Of a stretch of DNA of 64,000 bases, positions 47,944-60,445 are shown piece after piece (the first letter of the stretch is position 1; every line of letters begins with the position of its first letter). The notes under the pieces were generated by a model. It was not told where the DNA came from. It ran no database searches and saw only the letters and a list, made by a program, of their open reading frames with translations. The translations under genes and the position numbers were made by a program. Source of the stretch: Bacillota bacterium (lineage in GTDB: Bacteria; Bacillota; Clostridia; Christensenellales; SZUA-584); the NCBI GenBank assembly GCA_023410595.1, contig JAEYPO010000016.1, positions 17,121 to 81,120 of the forward strand, written 5' to 3'.

Positions 47944-50900
47944 TCATAGAAAGTACCTGACGCCCGCCTCGAATATGCGCTGGTCCTTATTGCCGGGTAT
48001 GTTTTTCATGTTGCCGGGAGTAAAGCGCTCGCTGTGCGCCATCTTGCCCAGTACTCTGCCGTCGGGAGACATAAGGCCTTCCACCGCCAGCATAGAGCCG
48101 TTGGGGTTGCCCTCTCCCATCGTGGGAACCCCCAATTCGTCCACATACTGCGTGGCTACCTGGCCGCGCTGATACAATGACAGCGCCTCTTCCCCGGACG
48201 CTACGAATCGCCCCTCGCCGTGGGAGACTGCGACGGCGTGTATATCTCCGGGCGAGCAAAGCGAAAGCCACGGCGATAAGTTTGACGTTATTCGCGTTCT
48301 TACCATGCGCGAAACATGTCGGCCTATGGCGTTGAACGTGAGTGTCGGGCTGTCTTCTCTCATGTCGCGTATCTCGCCGTACGGCACAAGCCCCGACTTT
48401 ATCAGCGCCTGAAAGCCGTTGCAGATGCCCAAAATGAGCCCGTCGCGCGCAAGCAGGCCTTCTATGTCCCGCCTTATTTTCGGGGCGCGCAGCACGGCTG
48501 TTATAAACTTGCCCGAGCCGTCGGGTTCGTCGCCGCCCGAGAAGCCGCCGGGTATCATCAGTATCTGGCTGCTTTCTAAAAGCCGGGCCAGCTCATCTAT
48601 GCTGTAATCAATATCGCCCGCAAGTATGTTGCGCATCACGAAAACAGAGGTCCGCCCGCCCGCTTGCTCAAACGCGGCGGCCGAATCGTACTCGCAGTTA
48701 GTGCCCGGAAACACGGGTATTACTATGCGCGGTTTTGCTTTTTCTCCCGAGTATACGCGTATATTTTTACACTCGTATAACATATCTGGTATCTTTTCGC
48801 CGCTTGCGGCAGAAATGGGATATACGCCAGCCAAAGTCGCCTCATACGCCTTGCGGACTAAGTACAGCTCTACCGACTCGCCGCTAAAAGTTATAGAGCT
48901 TCCTCCCGTCTCCCCTATGCGCTCGAATGGAAGATCGTCTCCCTCGAGTATGAGGTCGCCGTACGCTTTTTGGCAAAGGTCATTGATATCGCCTCTAAGC
49001 TCAGCGCCGATCGAATTGCCGAGAGCCATCTTCGCTGCCGCCGCGAGCGCGCCGCCGCGCTCTATGGCATACGCGGAGATAATACGCTTTTGTTTAATAA
49101 GTTCGTAAACTTTTGCGTATACCGACTTTATGCTTTCAAAGTCGGGCATGCCGCTGGCGTCGCGCGATATACGCGCGCGGTATATTCCGCTGCCTTCCCG
49201 CTTGAATTCAGGCGAGATTATATTATCCACGTTTTCCGTGCACAGGGCGAACGAAACGAGTGTGGGCGGCACGTGAATATGTTCAAACGAACCGGACATC
49301 GAATCCTTGCCGCCTATTGCCGGAACCTTTAGATTCTTTTGCGCCCACCACGCGCCCAGCAGCGCCGCAAGCGGTTTACCCCACGCATCCTCCCCGCCCA
49401 TGCGCTCGAAATACTCCTGCAGCGTAAGGTACGCGCGCGATATATCGCCGCCCGATGCCGCTAATTTTGCGAGCGATAAAACTATAGAATATACCGCGCC
49501 CAGTAAAGGGTTGCTTTCCATCAGATACGGATCGAAGCCGTATGAGAAAAGCGTCGAAGTATCGCACTGCCCTTCGGCGGCAACCTTTGCAGCCATGGCC
49601 TGCACGGGCGTAAGCTCATGCCTGCCTCCGAGAGGCATGCTGACGGTGTTTGCGCCTATCGTAGAGTCGAACATCTCAATTAGGCCTTTTTTGGAGCATA
49701 TGCTGAGGTCGGAGACAAGCGACAGAAGCGTATCCTTAAATGTATCAGCGACATGCTCGCTGAAAAGCCCGTCGGTATTGAGACCGGAGACGCGTGCGTT
49801 TGCCGTCGCCGTCGCACCGTTGGTGTTTAAAAATTCCCGCTTTATGCTGACTATTGGCTTGCCGCGCCAATACAGCTCCATGCGGGCGTCGTCCGTCACT
49901 TCAGCGACAAGGTCCGCGTGAAGATTCTCTTCTCCTGCGAGCTCAAGAGCTCTGCTTAAGTCTTTCGGGTCTATCACGACGGCCATGCGCTCCTGGCTCT
50001 CGGATATAGCGAGCTCCACGCCGCCGAGGCCTTCGTATTTTCTGCGCACGGAGTCTAAATTAACGCGCACGCCGTCCGCGAGCTCTCCTATGGCCACGCA
50101 TACGCCACCCGCGCCGAAGTCGTTGCAGCGCTTTATTAGCGTGGAAAACTCCTTGTTTCTATAAAGCCGCTGAAGCTTGCGCTCCGTTAGCGGGTTGCCC
50201 TTTTGCACCTCCGCGCCGCATGTGTCTATAGACTGCTTATCGTGCGCCTTTGATGAGCCGGTGGCGCCGCCGCAGCCGTCGCGCCCCGTCGCTCCGCCCA
50301 GCAGCAGTATAACGTCGCCCGGCTGTGGCTCCATTCGCACTACGTTTTCCGCGGGCGCCGCCCCTATTACGGCGCCTATCTCCATGCGCTTCGCCTTATA
50401 GCCCTCGTGGTATATTTCGTCGACAAGGCCGGTTGCGAGACCAATCTGGTTGCCGTAGGATGAATAGCCGTGCGCGGCCTCTTTGCATATTTTCCTTTGA
50501 GGCAGCTTGCCGGGCAGAGTGTCTTTTACGCTCTCGCGCGGGTCGCCGCTGCCTGTTACGCGCATGGCGTGGTAGACGTACGAGCGCCCCGAAAGCGGGT
50601 CGCGTATAGCTCCGCCAAGGCACGTCGCCGCGCCGCCGAACGGCTCTATCTCCGTCGGGTGGTTGTGCGTCTCGTTCTTGAACATTATGAGGTAATCTTG
50701 CAGCTTGCCGCCCACGGATACGCTCTCGCGTATCGAGCACGCGTTTATCTCGTCGGATATATCGAGGCCGGGATGCCCCTCTTTTATAGCCTGCTTCGCA
50801 TAAAGTGTCGCTATATCCATGAGGCAGATATCCTTTTGTTTTTCCCCATGAACCGATTTGCGTGTTTTCAGGTATTCGCCGTATATGTTCCGGGCAGTTT

Positions 50901-51633
50901 CAGCAGTTTCATCGAACGACACGTTATCGAGCCTTGTCAGAAACGTCGTGTGGCGGCAGTGATCCGACCAGTATGTGTCTATTACGCGTATCTCGGCAAG
51001 CGTCGGGTCGCGCTTCTCGTCATGTTTAAAATAATTTTGCACGAACGATATGTCCTCAAAGCTCATCGCGAGGCCGTATGACGTTATGAATGTCTTTAGC
51101 TCGCCGGCAGCATATTCGCAAAAGCCGTAAAGTATCTCCACGTCGGCGGGAGCGGGAAGGTTTTCCCTGAGCGTTTCGGGCAGCGCTTCGCCCGCCTCGC
51201 GCGAGTCGACGGGGTTTATTACATAACGCTTTATGTCCTCCGCGTCCACTTCGCTTGCGCCCGACAGCACGTAGACAGTCGCGCACCGCACGACAGGGCT
51301 AATCTTAAGCGAAGGCAGCAGCAGCCCGATGCACTGCGCGGCGCTGTCCGCCCGCTGGTCGTACTGCCCCGGCAGGTATTCTGTGGCGAATAGTATATCG
51401 CCTTTGTCTGCGGAAAACGCGCCGCAGTAAACGGCGTCGGCAGCAGGCTCCGAAAACACGTTTTTAACTGCCGACCCAAACTCCTCTTCGCCGAGACCCT
51501 CTATATCGTAACGTATCAGTATGCGTACGTTTTGCAGCGCTTTTTTGCCCAGTGTGTCGCGAAAATCAACCAAAGCCGCTTTCGCGCTGATATCAAAGCC
51601 GGGTTTTTTCTCCACATATATGCGTCTTACCAT
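47944..51633 (-). CDS. purL: phosphoribosylformylglycinamidine synthase, single-chain large form
   Basis: About 1229 aa containing the PurS-like, FGAM synthetase and C-terminal glutaminase (ICNGFQAL) regions. ATG 51633 with AAGGAG 6 nt upstream. The ORF-track start is at 51678. Confidence 0.95.
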   Translation of the reverse strand: MVRRIYVEKKPGFDISAKAALVDFRDTLGKKALQNVRILIRYDIEGLGEEEFGSAVKNVFSEPAADAVYCGAFSADKGDILFATEYLPGQYDQRADSAAQCIGLLLPSLKISPVVRCATVYVLSGASEVDAEDIKRYVINPVDSREAGEALPETLRENLPAPADVEILYGFCEYAAGELKTFITSYGLAMSFEDISFVQNYFKHDEKRDPTLAEIRVIDTYWSDHCRHTTFLTRLDNVSFDETAETARNIYGEYLKTRKSVHGEKQKDICLMDIATLYAKQAIKEGHPGLDISDEINACSIRESVSVGGKLQDYLIMFKNETHNHPTEIEPFGGAATCLGGAIRDPLSGRSYVYHAMRVTGSGDPRESVKDTLPGKLPQRKICKEAAHGYSSYGNQIGLATGLVDEIYHEGYKAKRMEIGAVIGAAPAENVVRMEPQPGDVILLLGGATGRDGCGGATGSSKAHDKQSIDTCGAEVQKGNPLTERKLQRLYRNKEFSTLIKRCNDFGAGGVCVAIGELADGVRVNLDSVRRKYEGLGGVELAISESQERMAVVIDPKDLSRALELAGEENLHADLVAEVTDDARMELYWRGKPIVSIKREFLNTNGATATANARVSGLNTDGLFSEHVADTFKDTLLSLVSDLSICSKKGLIEMFDSTIGANTVSMPLGGRHELTPVQAMAAKVAAEGQCDTSTLFSYGFDPYLMESNPLLGAVYSIVLSLAKLAASGGDISRAYLTLQEYFERMGGEDAWGKPLAALLGAWWAQKNLKVPAIGGKDSMSGSFEHIHVPPTLVSFALCTENVDNIISPEFKREGSGIYRARISRDASGMPDFESIKSVYAKVYELIKQKRIISAYAIERGGALAAAAKMALGNSIGAELRGDINDLCQKAYGDLILEGDDLPFERIGETGGSSITFSGESVELYLVRKAYEATLAGVYPISAASGEKIPDMLYECKNIRVYSGEKAKPRIVIPVFPGTNCEYDSAAAFEQAGGRTSVFVMRNILAGDIDYSIDELARLLESSQILMIPGGFSGGDEPDGSGKFITAVLRAPKIRRDIEGLLARDGLILGICNGFQALIKSGLVPYGEIRDMREDSPTLTFNAIGRHVSRMVRTRITSNLSPWLSLCSPGDIHAVAVSHGEGRFVASGEEALSLYQRGQVATQYVDELGVPTMGEGNPNGSMLAVEGLMSPDGRVLGKMAHSERFTPGNMKNIPGNKDQRIFEAGVRYFL

Positions 51634-51753
51634 TCGTGTCTCCTTTTGAGCCTGATAATAAAGAGAGTATATATGCATTCAGAGCCGTATACAATAGAAA
51701 AGGCAGATAAAAAACAAGATGAAAGACAAAATGTTCGGGATTAATAAATTTTA

Positions 51754-51762
51754 TGTGGATAA
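51754..51762. promoter_or_regulatory. isolated perfect DnaA box between purL and the remB-like gene
   Basis: TGTGGATAA in the divergent intergenic region. A single box, so functional status is uncertain. Confidence 0.35.
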
Positions 51763-51895
51763 ATTGCGGAAGAAATTCAAATCCCTCTTTTAATATCCAT
51801 AGAATTTGATATAATATATATATTATATAGTAGATTTATTTCGGGTTTCGCATAAAGTTACTTTATTGGTATTTTAAAAGAAGGCAGGGGAATTG

Positions 51896-52144
51896 ATGGT
51901 GCTGCACATAGGAAAAGACGCAATGGTCCCGCTTAAGGACGTCGTGTTCATACTCGACTACAAGGAAGCAAAGACTAACGACGATACGAACAACGCTCTG
52001 AAGCGTCTGGGAGACACAGCGCACAACATATACATAGAGAAGTATAATATAAAATCCATAGTCGTGACGCGATTCCTCGATAAGTTTTTCATATACTATT
52101 CGCCCATCTCCCCCGCGACGCTATATAAACGTTCAAGGTCATGA
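51896..52144 (+). CDS. remB: DUF370 / RemB-like small protein
   Basis: Resembles B. subtilis YaaB/RemB: (MVLHIGKD..VVFILDY...IKSIVVT...IYYSPISPATLYKR). Conserved position directly upstream of gyrB. Confidence 0.8.
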   Translation: MVLHIGKDAMVPLKDVVFILDYKEAKTNDDTNNALKRLGDTAHNIYIEKYNIKSIVVTRFLDKFFIYYSPISPATLYKRSRS

Positions 52145-52166
52145 TATTTAATTTCTTATAGATTAA

Positions 52167-54083
<1,917 letters not shown>

Positions 54084-54101
54084 GTTTTGAGGTGAAATAT
54101 A

Positions 54102-56597
54102 TTGGACAACATAAGAAAAGCAATACAGCCTATAGATATTGAAAAAGAGATGAAGACGTCGTTCATATCGTACGCGATGGCGGTAATAATTAACCGCGCG
54201 CTGCCTGACGTGAGGGACGGCCTTAAGCCGGTGCACAGAAGGATACTGTATTCCATGAGCGAGCTGGGGCTCTCGCCCGACAAGCCGTTCAGAAAGAGCG
54301 CGAGGATAGTGGGCGACGTGCTCGGCAAGTACCATCCTCACGGCGACAGCGCCGTGTATCTTTCAATGGTGCGCATGGCGCAGGATTTCTCTATACGGCA
54401 CCCTCTGGTGGAAGGGCACGGCAACTTCGGCAGCGTGGACGGAGACTCGCCCGCGGCTATGCGTTACACCGAGGCGCGGCTCTCGCCCATATGCATGGAG
54501 CTGCTGCGCGATCTTGAAAAGAACACGGTCGATTTTTTTCCGAATTTCGACGAGACGCTGATGCAGCCTTCCGTGCTGCCCGCAAAGTTCCCGAACCTTT
54601 TGGTTAACGGCACGGGCGGCATAGCTGTGGGCATGGCGACGAACATACCGCCGCATAACCTCGGCGAGACGATAGACGCGGCAGTGCGCCTTATAGACGA
54701 CCCGGAATGTACGGTGGACGATTTAAGGGAGCATATTAAAGGGCCCGACTTCCCCACCGGCGGCATAATAATGGGCACGGCGGGCATAACGCAGGCTTAC
54801 AACACGGGTCGCGGCAAGATATGTGTGCGCGCGAAGGCCGAGATAGAGGAATTCAAGGCAGGCAGGCAGCGCATAATTGTTACCGAAATACCGTATCAGG
54901 TAAACAAGGCGGCGCTTATTACGCGCATAGCCGAGCTCGTGCAGGATAAGAGCCTCGAGGGCATATCCGACATACGCGACGAGAGCGACAAATCGGGCAT
55001 GCGCATAGTCATAGAGCTGAAACGTGACGTGAACTCAAACGTAATACTCAACAGGCTGTATAAACACACGCAGATGCAGGACACGTTCGGAGTAATAATG
55101 CTGGCGCTTGTGGACGGCGAGCCCAAAGTGCTTAACCTTAAGGAGATACTTTACCATTACCTTGAGCACCAAAAGGTAGTCATAGTGCGCCGCACGAAAT
55201 ACGAGCTGGAGAAGGCGGAAGCGCGCGCGCACATACTCGAAGGCCTCATAATAGCGCTCGACAACATTGACGAAATAGTCGAGCTGATTAAAAAGTCGCC
55301 CGATGTGCCTACCGCGAGGGATTCGCTGATGTCAAGGTTCGGCCTATCGCAGATACAGGCGCAGGCCATACTCGACATGAGGCTGCAAAGATTGACCGGC
55401 CTTGAGCGCGACAAGATACTCGAAGAATACAGGAAGCTTTTGGAGCGTATAGCCTACTTAAAGAGCATACTCGCGTCGCCGCAGATGGTGCTTGACATCA
55501 TAAAGCAGGAACTATTAGAGATAAAGGCTAAGTACGCCAACGAGCGCCGCACGGAAATAACGTTCAGCGCGGACGACATAGACCTCGATGAATTGATACA
55601 GGAAGAGGAGATGGTAGTGACGCTGACGCACTTTGGTTACATAAAGCGTCTGCCCTCCGACACGTATAAGACGCAGCGCAGAGGCGGGCGTGGCGTAACG
55701 GGGCTGTCCACGCGCGAGGAAGACTTCGCGGAGCATGTGATGGTCACGTCGACTCACTCCAACCTGCTGTTCTTTACGAACAAGGGGAAGGTATATCGCC
55801 GCAAGTGCTACGATCTGCCTGAAACGGGGCGTACGGCAAAGGGCATGGCTATAGTCAACCTGCTGCAGCTTGACGCGGATGAGAAGGTGTCCGCGGTGCT
55901 CGCCGCACGCAGCTACGACTCAACCGCTATGCTCGTGCTCGCGACGAAGAACGGCTTCATAAAAAAGACGCGGGTAAGCGAGTTCAGGAACATACGCCAG
56001 AACGGGCTCATCGCTATAGGCATGCGCCAGGGCGACGAGCTTATAGGCGTGCTTGAGACGAACGGCACCGACAACCTTATTATAGGCACGTCAAAGGGCA
56101 TGTGCGTTATGTTTTCTGAAGAGGACGTGCGCGATATGGGCAGGGGCGCCATGGGCGTCAAGGCCGTAACACTGCGCGAGGGCGACAGTGTCGTCGGCAT
56201 GTCGATAGCGCGGCCGGAGGGCGAGGTGCTCGTAATATCCGAGAACGGCTACGGCAAACGCACGCCGGTATCCGAATACAACCTGCAGCACAGAGGCGGC
56301 ATAGGCGTAAAGACTCTGCGCGTCACCGACAAGACAGGCAGCGTGTGCACGTTAAAAGTCGTGGACGGCAGCGAGGATCTGATGATAATAAATGACGCGG
56401 GCGTAATAATACGCATGAAGGTCAGTGAGATAAGCGTAATAGGACGCGACACACAGGGCGTGAGGCTTATGAACTTAAGCGAGGATTCGCGCGTAGTATC
56501 GGTGGCGCTCGTCAATCCGGACGAAGAGTCCGACGAAGAAGCCGCGGACGCGGGCGGCGAACAGGAAGTGAAGCCGGAAGAGCAGGGTGTGGAATAA
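54102..56597 (+). CDS. gyrA: DNA gyrase subunit A
   Basis: 831 aa with the active-site/QRDR region [12 protein letters not shown], the catalytic Tyr context [10 protein letters not shown] and an acidic C-terminal tail. TTG start with GAGGTGA upstream. Confidence 0.97.
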   Translation: MDNIRKAIQPIDIEKEMKTSFISYAMAVIINRALPDVRDGLKPVHRRILYSMSELGLSPDKPFRKSARIVGDVLGKYHPHGDSAVYLSMVRMAQDFSIRHPLVEGHGNFGSVDGDSPAAMRYTEARLSPICMELLRDLEKNTVDFFPNFDETLMQPSVLPAKFPNLLVNGTGGIAVGMATNIPPHNLGETIDAAVRLIDDPECTVDDLREHIKGPDFPTGGIIMGTAGITQAYNTGRGKICVRAKAEIEEFKAGRQRIIVTEIPYQVNKAALITRIAELVQDKSLEGISDIRDESDKSGMRIVIELKRDVNSNVILNRLYKHTQMQDTFGVIMLALVDGEPKVLNLKEILYHYLEHQKVVIVRRTKYELEKAEARAHILEGLIIALDNIDEIVELIKKSPDVPTARDSLMSRFGLSQIQAQAILDMRLQRLTGLERDKILEEYRKLLERIAYLKSILASPQMVLDIIKQELLEIKAKYANERRTEITFSADDIDLDELIQEEEMVVTLTHFGYIKRLPSDTYKTQRRGGRGVTGLSTREEDFAEHVMVTSTHSNLLFFTNKGKVYRRKCYDLPETGRTAKGMAIVNLLQLDADEKVSAVLAARSYDSTAMLVLATKNGFIKKTRVSEFRNIRQNGLIAIGMRQGDELIGVLETNGTDNLIIGTSKGMCVMFSEEDVRDMGRGAMGVKAVTLREGDSVVGMSIARPEGEVLVISENGYGKRTPVSEYNLQHRGGIGVKTLRVTDKTGSVCTLKVVDGSEDLMIINDAGVIIRMKVSEISVIGRDTQGVRLMNLSEDSRVVSVALVNPDEESDEEAADAGGEQEVKPEEQGVE

Positions 56598-56831
56598 TAA
56601 GATTTGTATGCAGGCGGGCGGATATAAAAATCCGCCCGTCTGCGTATATAAGAGACTTAAGATTGGATAGGCAGGGACGATATACCCAACGGAACGTGAA
56701 TAGCCGGCCTGTTACAGGGCAGCCGGATGCGGTATATCCCCTGAATGCAAAGGCGATATAAAAGCCTATTGAACGCTCAGGCATAATATTGTACAATCTG
56801 GTAAACAGTAAACTTACGGGGATGGAGCAGT

Positions 56832-57716
56832 TTGAGAACAGGAAGAAACCGTCTTTTTAATATAAACAAAAAGTATTTCAGGATAGCGGTTGCGGCGGTT
56901 GTGGTTGTGATCGCTATAGTTATAATTGTGCTTGTCGCGTCGGCGAACAAGAAAACAGCGGAGAAGCAGTCGTCAATCGACGCCGTTGCGAAGACGGGCG
57001 TTTTCAACATAGGCCTGCGCGGCGACATCGGCACACTCTGCGCGTACGACGAACAAACGAAGACGTACACCGGTCTTGAAAAGGATATCGCGGACGAGCT
57101 GGCCGGGCGGCTGTTCCCTGACGGCGGCGTCATAGTCAACTTTGTAAACGTCAACTCGGAGACTAAAGACGCGATGCTGCAGCAGGGTACGCTGGATATT
57201 TCGCTGGGTGCGTCCGTTACAGGCTCGGTGAGCGGCATAAAATATTCGCAAGTCTATTATTCCGACGCGTGCGCGTTTCTTGTGCGCGAAGGGGAGATGA
57301 CGAGCGGGGACGCTCTCACGGGCGGAAAGATAGCGGTTATACAGGGAACGTATCCCGCGACAAAGCAGAAGAAGGACAAGAACCTCACGTACCTTGACGA
57401 GTATCTTTCAGAAAACGGCATAAAGGCATTCGTCAAGCTGTACGCCTCATACCCCGAGGCGATAGAGGCGCTTAAGGACGGCTTTATTAACGGCGTCTGC
57501 GCGAACGAGATAAACTTAAAGCTTTTCGGCAAGACGGGTATGCTCATACTGCCCGAACGGTTCATGCCTATTAGTTATTGCGTGCAGGTAAGAGGAGCAT
57601 TGGGCATGTTTATAGACGCGGTGAACGATTGCTTGTCAGAAATGAAAAGCGACGGTACTATGAGCGCGCTGCTGGATAAATACGGACTTGTGGATTACGG
57701 CGAACTTATCGAATAA
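56832..57716 (+). CDS. membrane-anchored family-3 solute-binding protein (amino-acid ABC type), orphan
   Basis: 294 aa with an N-terminal TM anchor and then an SBP_bac_3-like fold (...VFNIGLRGDIG..., ...IAVIQGTY...). No permease or ATPase gene is adjacent. TTG start. Confidence 0.65.
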   Translation: MRTGRNRLFNINKKYFRIAVAAVVVVIAIVIIVLVASANKKTAEKQSSIDAVAKTGVFNIGLRGDIGTLCAYDEQTKTYTGLEKDIADELAGRLFPDGGVIVNFVNVNSETKDAMLQQGTLDISLGASVTGSVSGIKYSQVYYSDACAFLVREGEMTSGDALTGGKIAVIQGTYPATKQKKDKNLTYLDEYLSENGIKAFVKLYASYPEAIEALKDGFINGVCANEINLKLFGKTGMLILPERFMPISYCVQVRGALGMFIDAVNDCLSEMKSDGTMSALLDKYGLVDYGELIE

Positions 57717-57774
57717 TATATGACGTCTCTTATGTGATGAGTGGAATCACAGCGCCAGTGAAACGGAGGAAAAC

Positions 57775-59673
57775 ATGAACAGCGGGCTATTAAGGGTTGC
57801 GGCGGCGGTGCCGGCGGTGTCCGTCGGCAATGTTGTAAAGAATAAGGACAGCATAAGGAATATGATAGGCGAGGCCGAGGAGCAGGGCGCAAGCATCGTG
57901 GCGTTCCCCGAGCTATGTATAACGTCGTACACGCTGGGCGATCTTTTCCGGCAGCGCGGCGTGCTCGAACAGAGCGACGAGGCGCTGCGCTGCCTCATAT
58001 CGGAGACGAAAAATACAAAAGCGCTCGTAATCGTCGGCATGCCGGTATACTCTTCCGATAAGCTTTACAACTGCGCCGTGGTGTTCCAGTCGGGGCGCAT
58101 ACTAGGCGTGGCGCCCAAGGCGTATATACCCAACTATTCGGAGTATTACGAGCAGCGCTGGTTCGCGTCGGGCAAGGATATAAAAAACACTGCGGTTAAA
58201 ATAGCGGGGCAGGAAGTGCCGTTTGGCAGCGATCTGCTGTTTGAGTGTGAAAGCATAAAGGGGCTGACCGTCGGTGTCGAGCTCTGCGAGGATCTGTGGG
58301 TGCCGTTCCCTCCGCACGCTTACCAGGCTACGGCGGGCGCGACGCTGCTTTTTAACATATCGGCGAGCAACGAACTTGCGGGCAAGTGCGAATACCGCGA
58401 GGAGATGATAAAGCAGGAGTCGGGGCGTTATATATGCGGCCTTACTTACGTATCCGCGGGGCCGGGCGAATCGACGACGGACACGGTATTCGGCGGGCAT
58501 ATGGTGATAGCGGAAAACGGAAATATTCTTGAGAGCTCAGAAAGGTTCAGGTTTGAGCCGCGTATGAGCTTCACGGAATTCGACCTGCACAGGCTTATGC
58601 ACGACAGGATACTAAAAAACACGTTCATATCCAAAAGCCCCGAGCTGTCATACAGGAAGATAGGCTTTGCCGCGAGCGAAACGGAGCCTAAGTTCAGGCG
58701 CATTGAACGCATGCCGTTTGTGCCGGGCGGCGCCGCCCAGCGGGACGCCCGCTGCCGCGAAGTTTTTAACATACAGGTGAGCGCGCTTATGCGCCGTCTT
58801 AAGCACACGAGCGCGCAGCGAGTGGTGATAGGCGTGTCGGGCGGGCTCGATTCGGCGCTCGCACTTATGGTGTCGTGCGAGGCAATGAAGAGGCTGGGAA
58901 AGAAAAGCAGCGCCGTGTTAGGCGTGGTGATGCCGGGATTCGGCAGCACGCAGGCGACGCAGGACCTGGCGCGCAGGCTCGTTATTGCGACTGGCGCGGA
59001 GCTTAGGGAGATAAGCATAGTGGAGGCCGCCAAAGCGCACCTTGAAGATTTGGGGCACAGCGGTCAGGCGGATGTAACGTACGAGAACGCGCAGGCGCGG
59101 GAGCGTACGCAGGTGCTGATGGACCTTGCCAACCAAATTGGCGGTCTCGTCGTGGGCACGGGCGATCTTTCCGAGCTGGCGCTGGGGTTTTGCACGTACG
59201 CCGGAGACCAGATATCCATGTACGGCGTGAACGCGGGAGTCGCCAAAACGCTGATAAAAGAGATGGTGTTGTACGTTTCAAGGGAAGACGAGAGGCTCTG
59301 CGGCATTGCGCGGGAAATAGTCGCGATACCGCCGTCGCCCGAGCTGCTGCCGCCCACCAAAGGCGAGAGGCAGGACACGCAGCAGCAGATAGGACAATAT
59401 GATTTAAACGACTTTTTTATGTACTACGTGCTGCGCTTTGAGATGGCGCCCGAAAAGATACTGCTGCTGGCAAAGACGGCGTTTGGCGAATACAGCGAAG
59501 ATGATATTAAAGAGCAGCTTAAAAAGTTTTACAGGCGGTTCTTCGCGTCGCAGTTCAAGCGCTCGTGCATGCCTGACGGCCCTAAGGTGGGCAGCGTGTC
59601 ATTGTCGCCAAGAGGCGACTGGCGCATGCCGTCCGACGCGGAGGCGGACATGTGGATAAAGAGTCTGGAATAA
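57775..59673 (+). CDS. nadE: glutamine-dependent NAD+ synthetase
   Basis: 632 aa. An N-terminal CN-hydrolase domain (...AFPEL..., ...VELCEDLW...) is followed by an NAD synthetase domain with the PP-loop GVSGGLDS. Confidence 0.9.
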   Translation: MNSGLLRVAAAVPAVSVGNVVKNKDSIRNMIGEAEEQGASIVAFPELCITSYTLGDLFRQRGVLEQSDEALRCLISETKNTKALVIVGMPVYSSDKLYNCAVVFQSGRILGVAPKAYIPNYSEYYEQRWFASGKDIKNTAVKIAGQEVPFGSDLLFECESIKGLTVGVELCEDLWVPFPPHAYQATAGATLLFNISASNELAGKCEYREEMIKQESGRYICGLTYVSAGPGESTTDTVFGGHMVIAENGNILESSERFRFEPRMSFTEFDLHRLMHDRILKNTFISKSPELSYRKIGFAASETEPKFRRIERMPFVPGGAAQRDARCREVFNIQVSALMRRLKHTSAQRVVIGVSGGLDSALALMVSCEAMKRLGKKSSAVLGVVMPGFGSTQATQDLARRLVIATGAELREISIVEAAKAHLEDLGHSGQADVTYENAQARERTQVLMDLANQIGGLVVGTGDLSELALGFCTYAGDQISMYGVNAGVAKTLIKEMVLYVSREDERLCGIAREIVAIPPSPELLPPTKGERQDTQQQIGQYDLNDFFMYYVLRFEMAPEKILLLAKTAFGEYSEDDIKEQLKKFYRRFFASQFKRSCMPDGPKVGSVSLSPRGDWRMPSDAEADMWIKSLE

Positions 59674-59698
59674 AGCGGTGATAAGGTTTTATTAATCT

Positions 59699-59729
59699 GC
59701 GCCCGGCTGAACTTAGGCCGGGCGTTTTA
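59699..59729 (+). terminator. intrinsic terminator after nadE
   Basis: GCGCCCGGC-TGAACTTAG-GCCGGGCG followed by TTTTAT. Confidence 0.65.
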
Positions 59730-59740
59730 TGTGTTGTAAA

Positions 59741-59840
59741 GCTTCCCCTTTCACCCACCCCAACGAACTTTGTTCGCCGGGGGCCCCGGCAGGGGAAGCG
59801 GCGCGAAGCGTCGATAGGGTGAAAACCTGACAAGGGGAGC
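59741..59840. repeat. structured intergenic repeat, copy B
   Basis: The outer inverted repeat GCTTCCCCTT...AAGGGGAGC encloses a core at 59751-59822. The core has TCACCC...GGGTGA, the hairpin CGAAC-TTT-GTTCG and the palindrome GCCGGGGGCCCCGGC. The 23-mer at 59756-59778 matches copy A at 22 of 23 positions. Confidence 0.5.
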
Positions 59841-59875
59841 CTATATTGATGCGCACTGCGTACGCCTCAAAGCTT

Positions 59876-60292
59876 TTATGCGTTTACCTTTCTTGTCAGC
59901 GCCATTATGCCGCCTATGAAGAACAGCACGGAAATGATTGTGCCGAAAGGGCCGTGACCCATATAGGAGGGCAGCAGCATTAAGCCGCCCGCTACTATGA
60001 GCAGTATGCCGCCCTGCTTGCGTCCGCTGCGCAGCTGAGATGTGCCGACAAAGCCGAGTATGACGGACGCGGCGGTTACCATGAGACCGAAGACCGCAGC
60101 CAGTATTATCGCCCCTCCGAATATAGTGCCTCCCGTTTCGGCGAACGGGCCAAAGAAGCTCAGCATCCTTGAGCCCATGAATATCGTCCATCCGAGCAGC
60201 CTGAATACCAGCGAGAAAATAAACGTAAAAGACGCGGATATAACGGCGATTATCGAACCTATAAGGCCGAGCGCTGATTCCGTTTTGTACAT
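59876..60292 (-). CDS. small polytopic membrane protein (DUF4064-like, from memory), paralog 1
   Basis: 138 aa beginning MYKTESALGLIGSIIAV. It shares GGILLIVAGGLMLL and FFIGGIMALTRK blocks with the neighbouring gene. Confidence 0.6.
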   Translation of the reverse strand: MYKTESALGLIGSIIAVISASFTFIFSLVFRLLGWTIFMGSRMLSFFGPFAETGGTIFGGAIILAAVFGLMVTAASVILGFVGTSQLRSGRKQGGILLIVAGGLMLLPSYMGHGPFGTIISVLFFIGGIMALTRKVNA

Positions 60293-60412
60293 GAATTGCC
60301 TCCCATCAATATTAAACAGCTGACGTTAAGTATATCCGTATTTACGGATAATCTTCACCGGTAAGCCTCACTGCTTGGGCCGCCGCTAAAGCGATGAAGG
60401 GACCCGGTTAGC

Positions 60413-60439
60413 AAAACAGCCGGACTGCCCGGCTGTTTT
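60413..60439. terminator. bidirectional hairpin terminator after paralog 2
   Basis: AAAACAGCCGG-ACTGC-CCGGCTGTTTT. Confidence 0.65.
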
Positions 60440-60445
60440 AAGATG

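Noticed and set aside
51634-51892. Possible purine riboswitch upstream of purL (also considered upstream of purA, 23821-23996)
   Set aside because: No purine-riboswitch core (the conserved three-way junction with a TATAAT...GGATATGG...CTACC-type pattern) is visible. The regions contain only a promoter-like AT-rich stretch, a DnaA box and a terminator.
59651-59659. Perfect DnaA-box 9-mer TGTGGATAA inside nadE
   Set aside because: It is a single isolated box within coding sequence, 16 kb from oriC. Chance occurrence is the simplest explanation.
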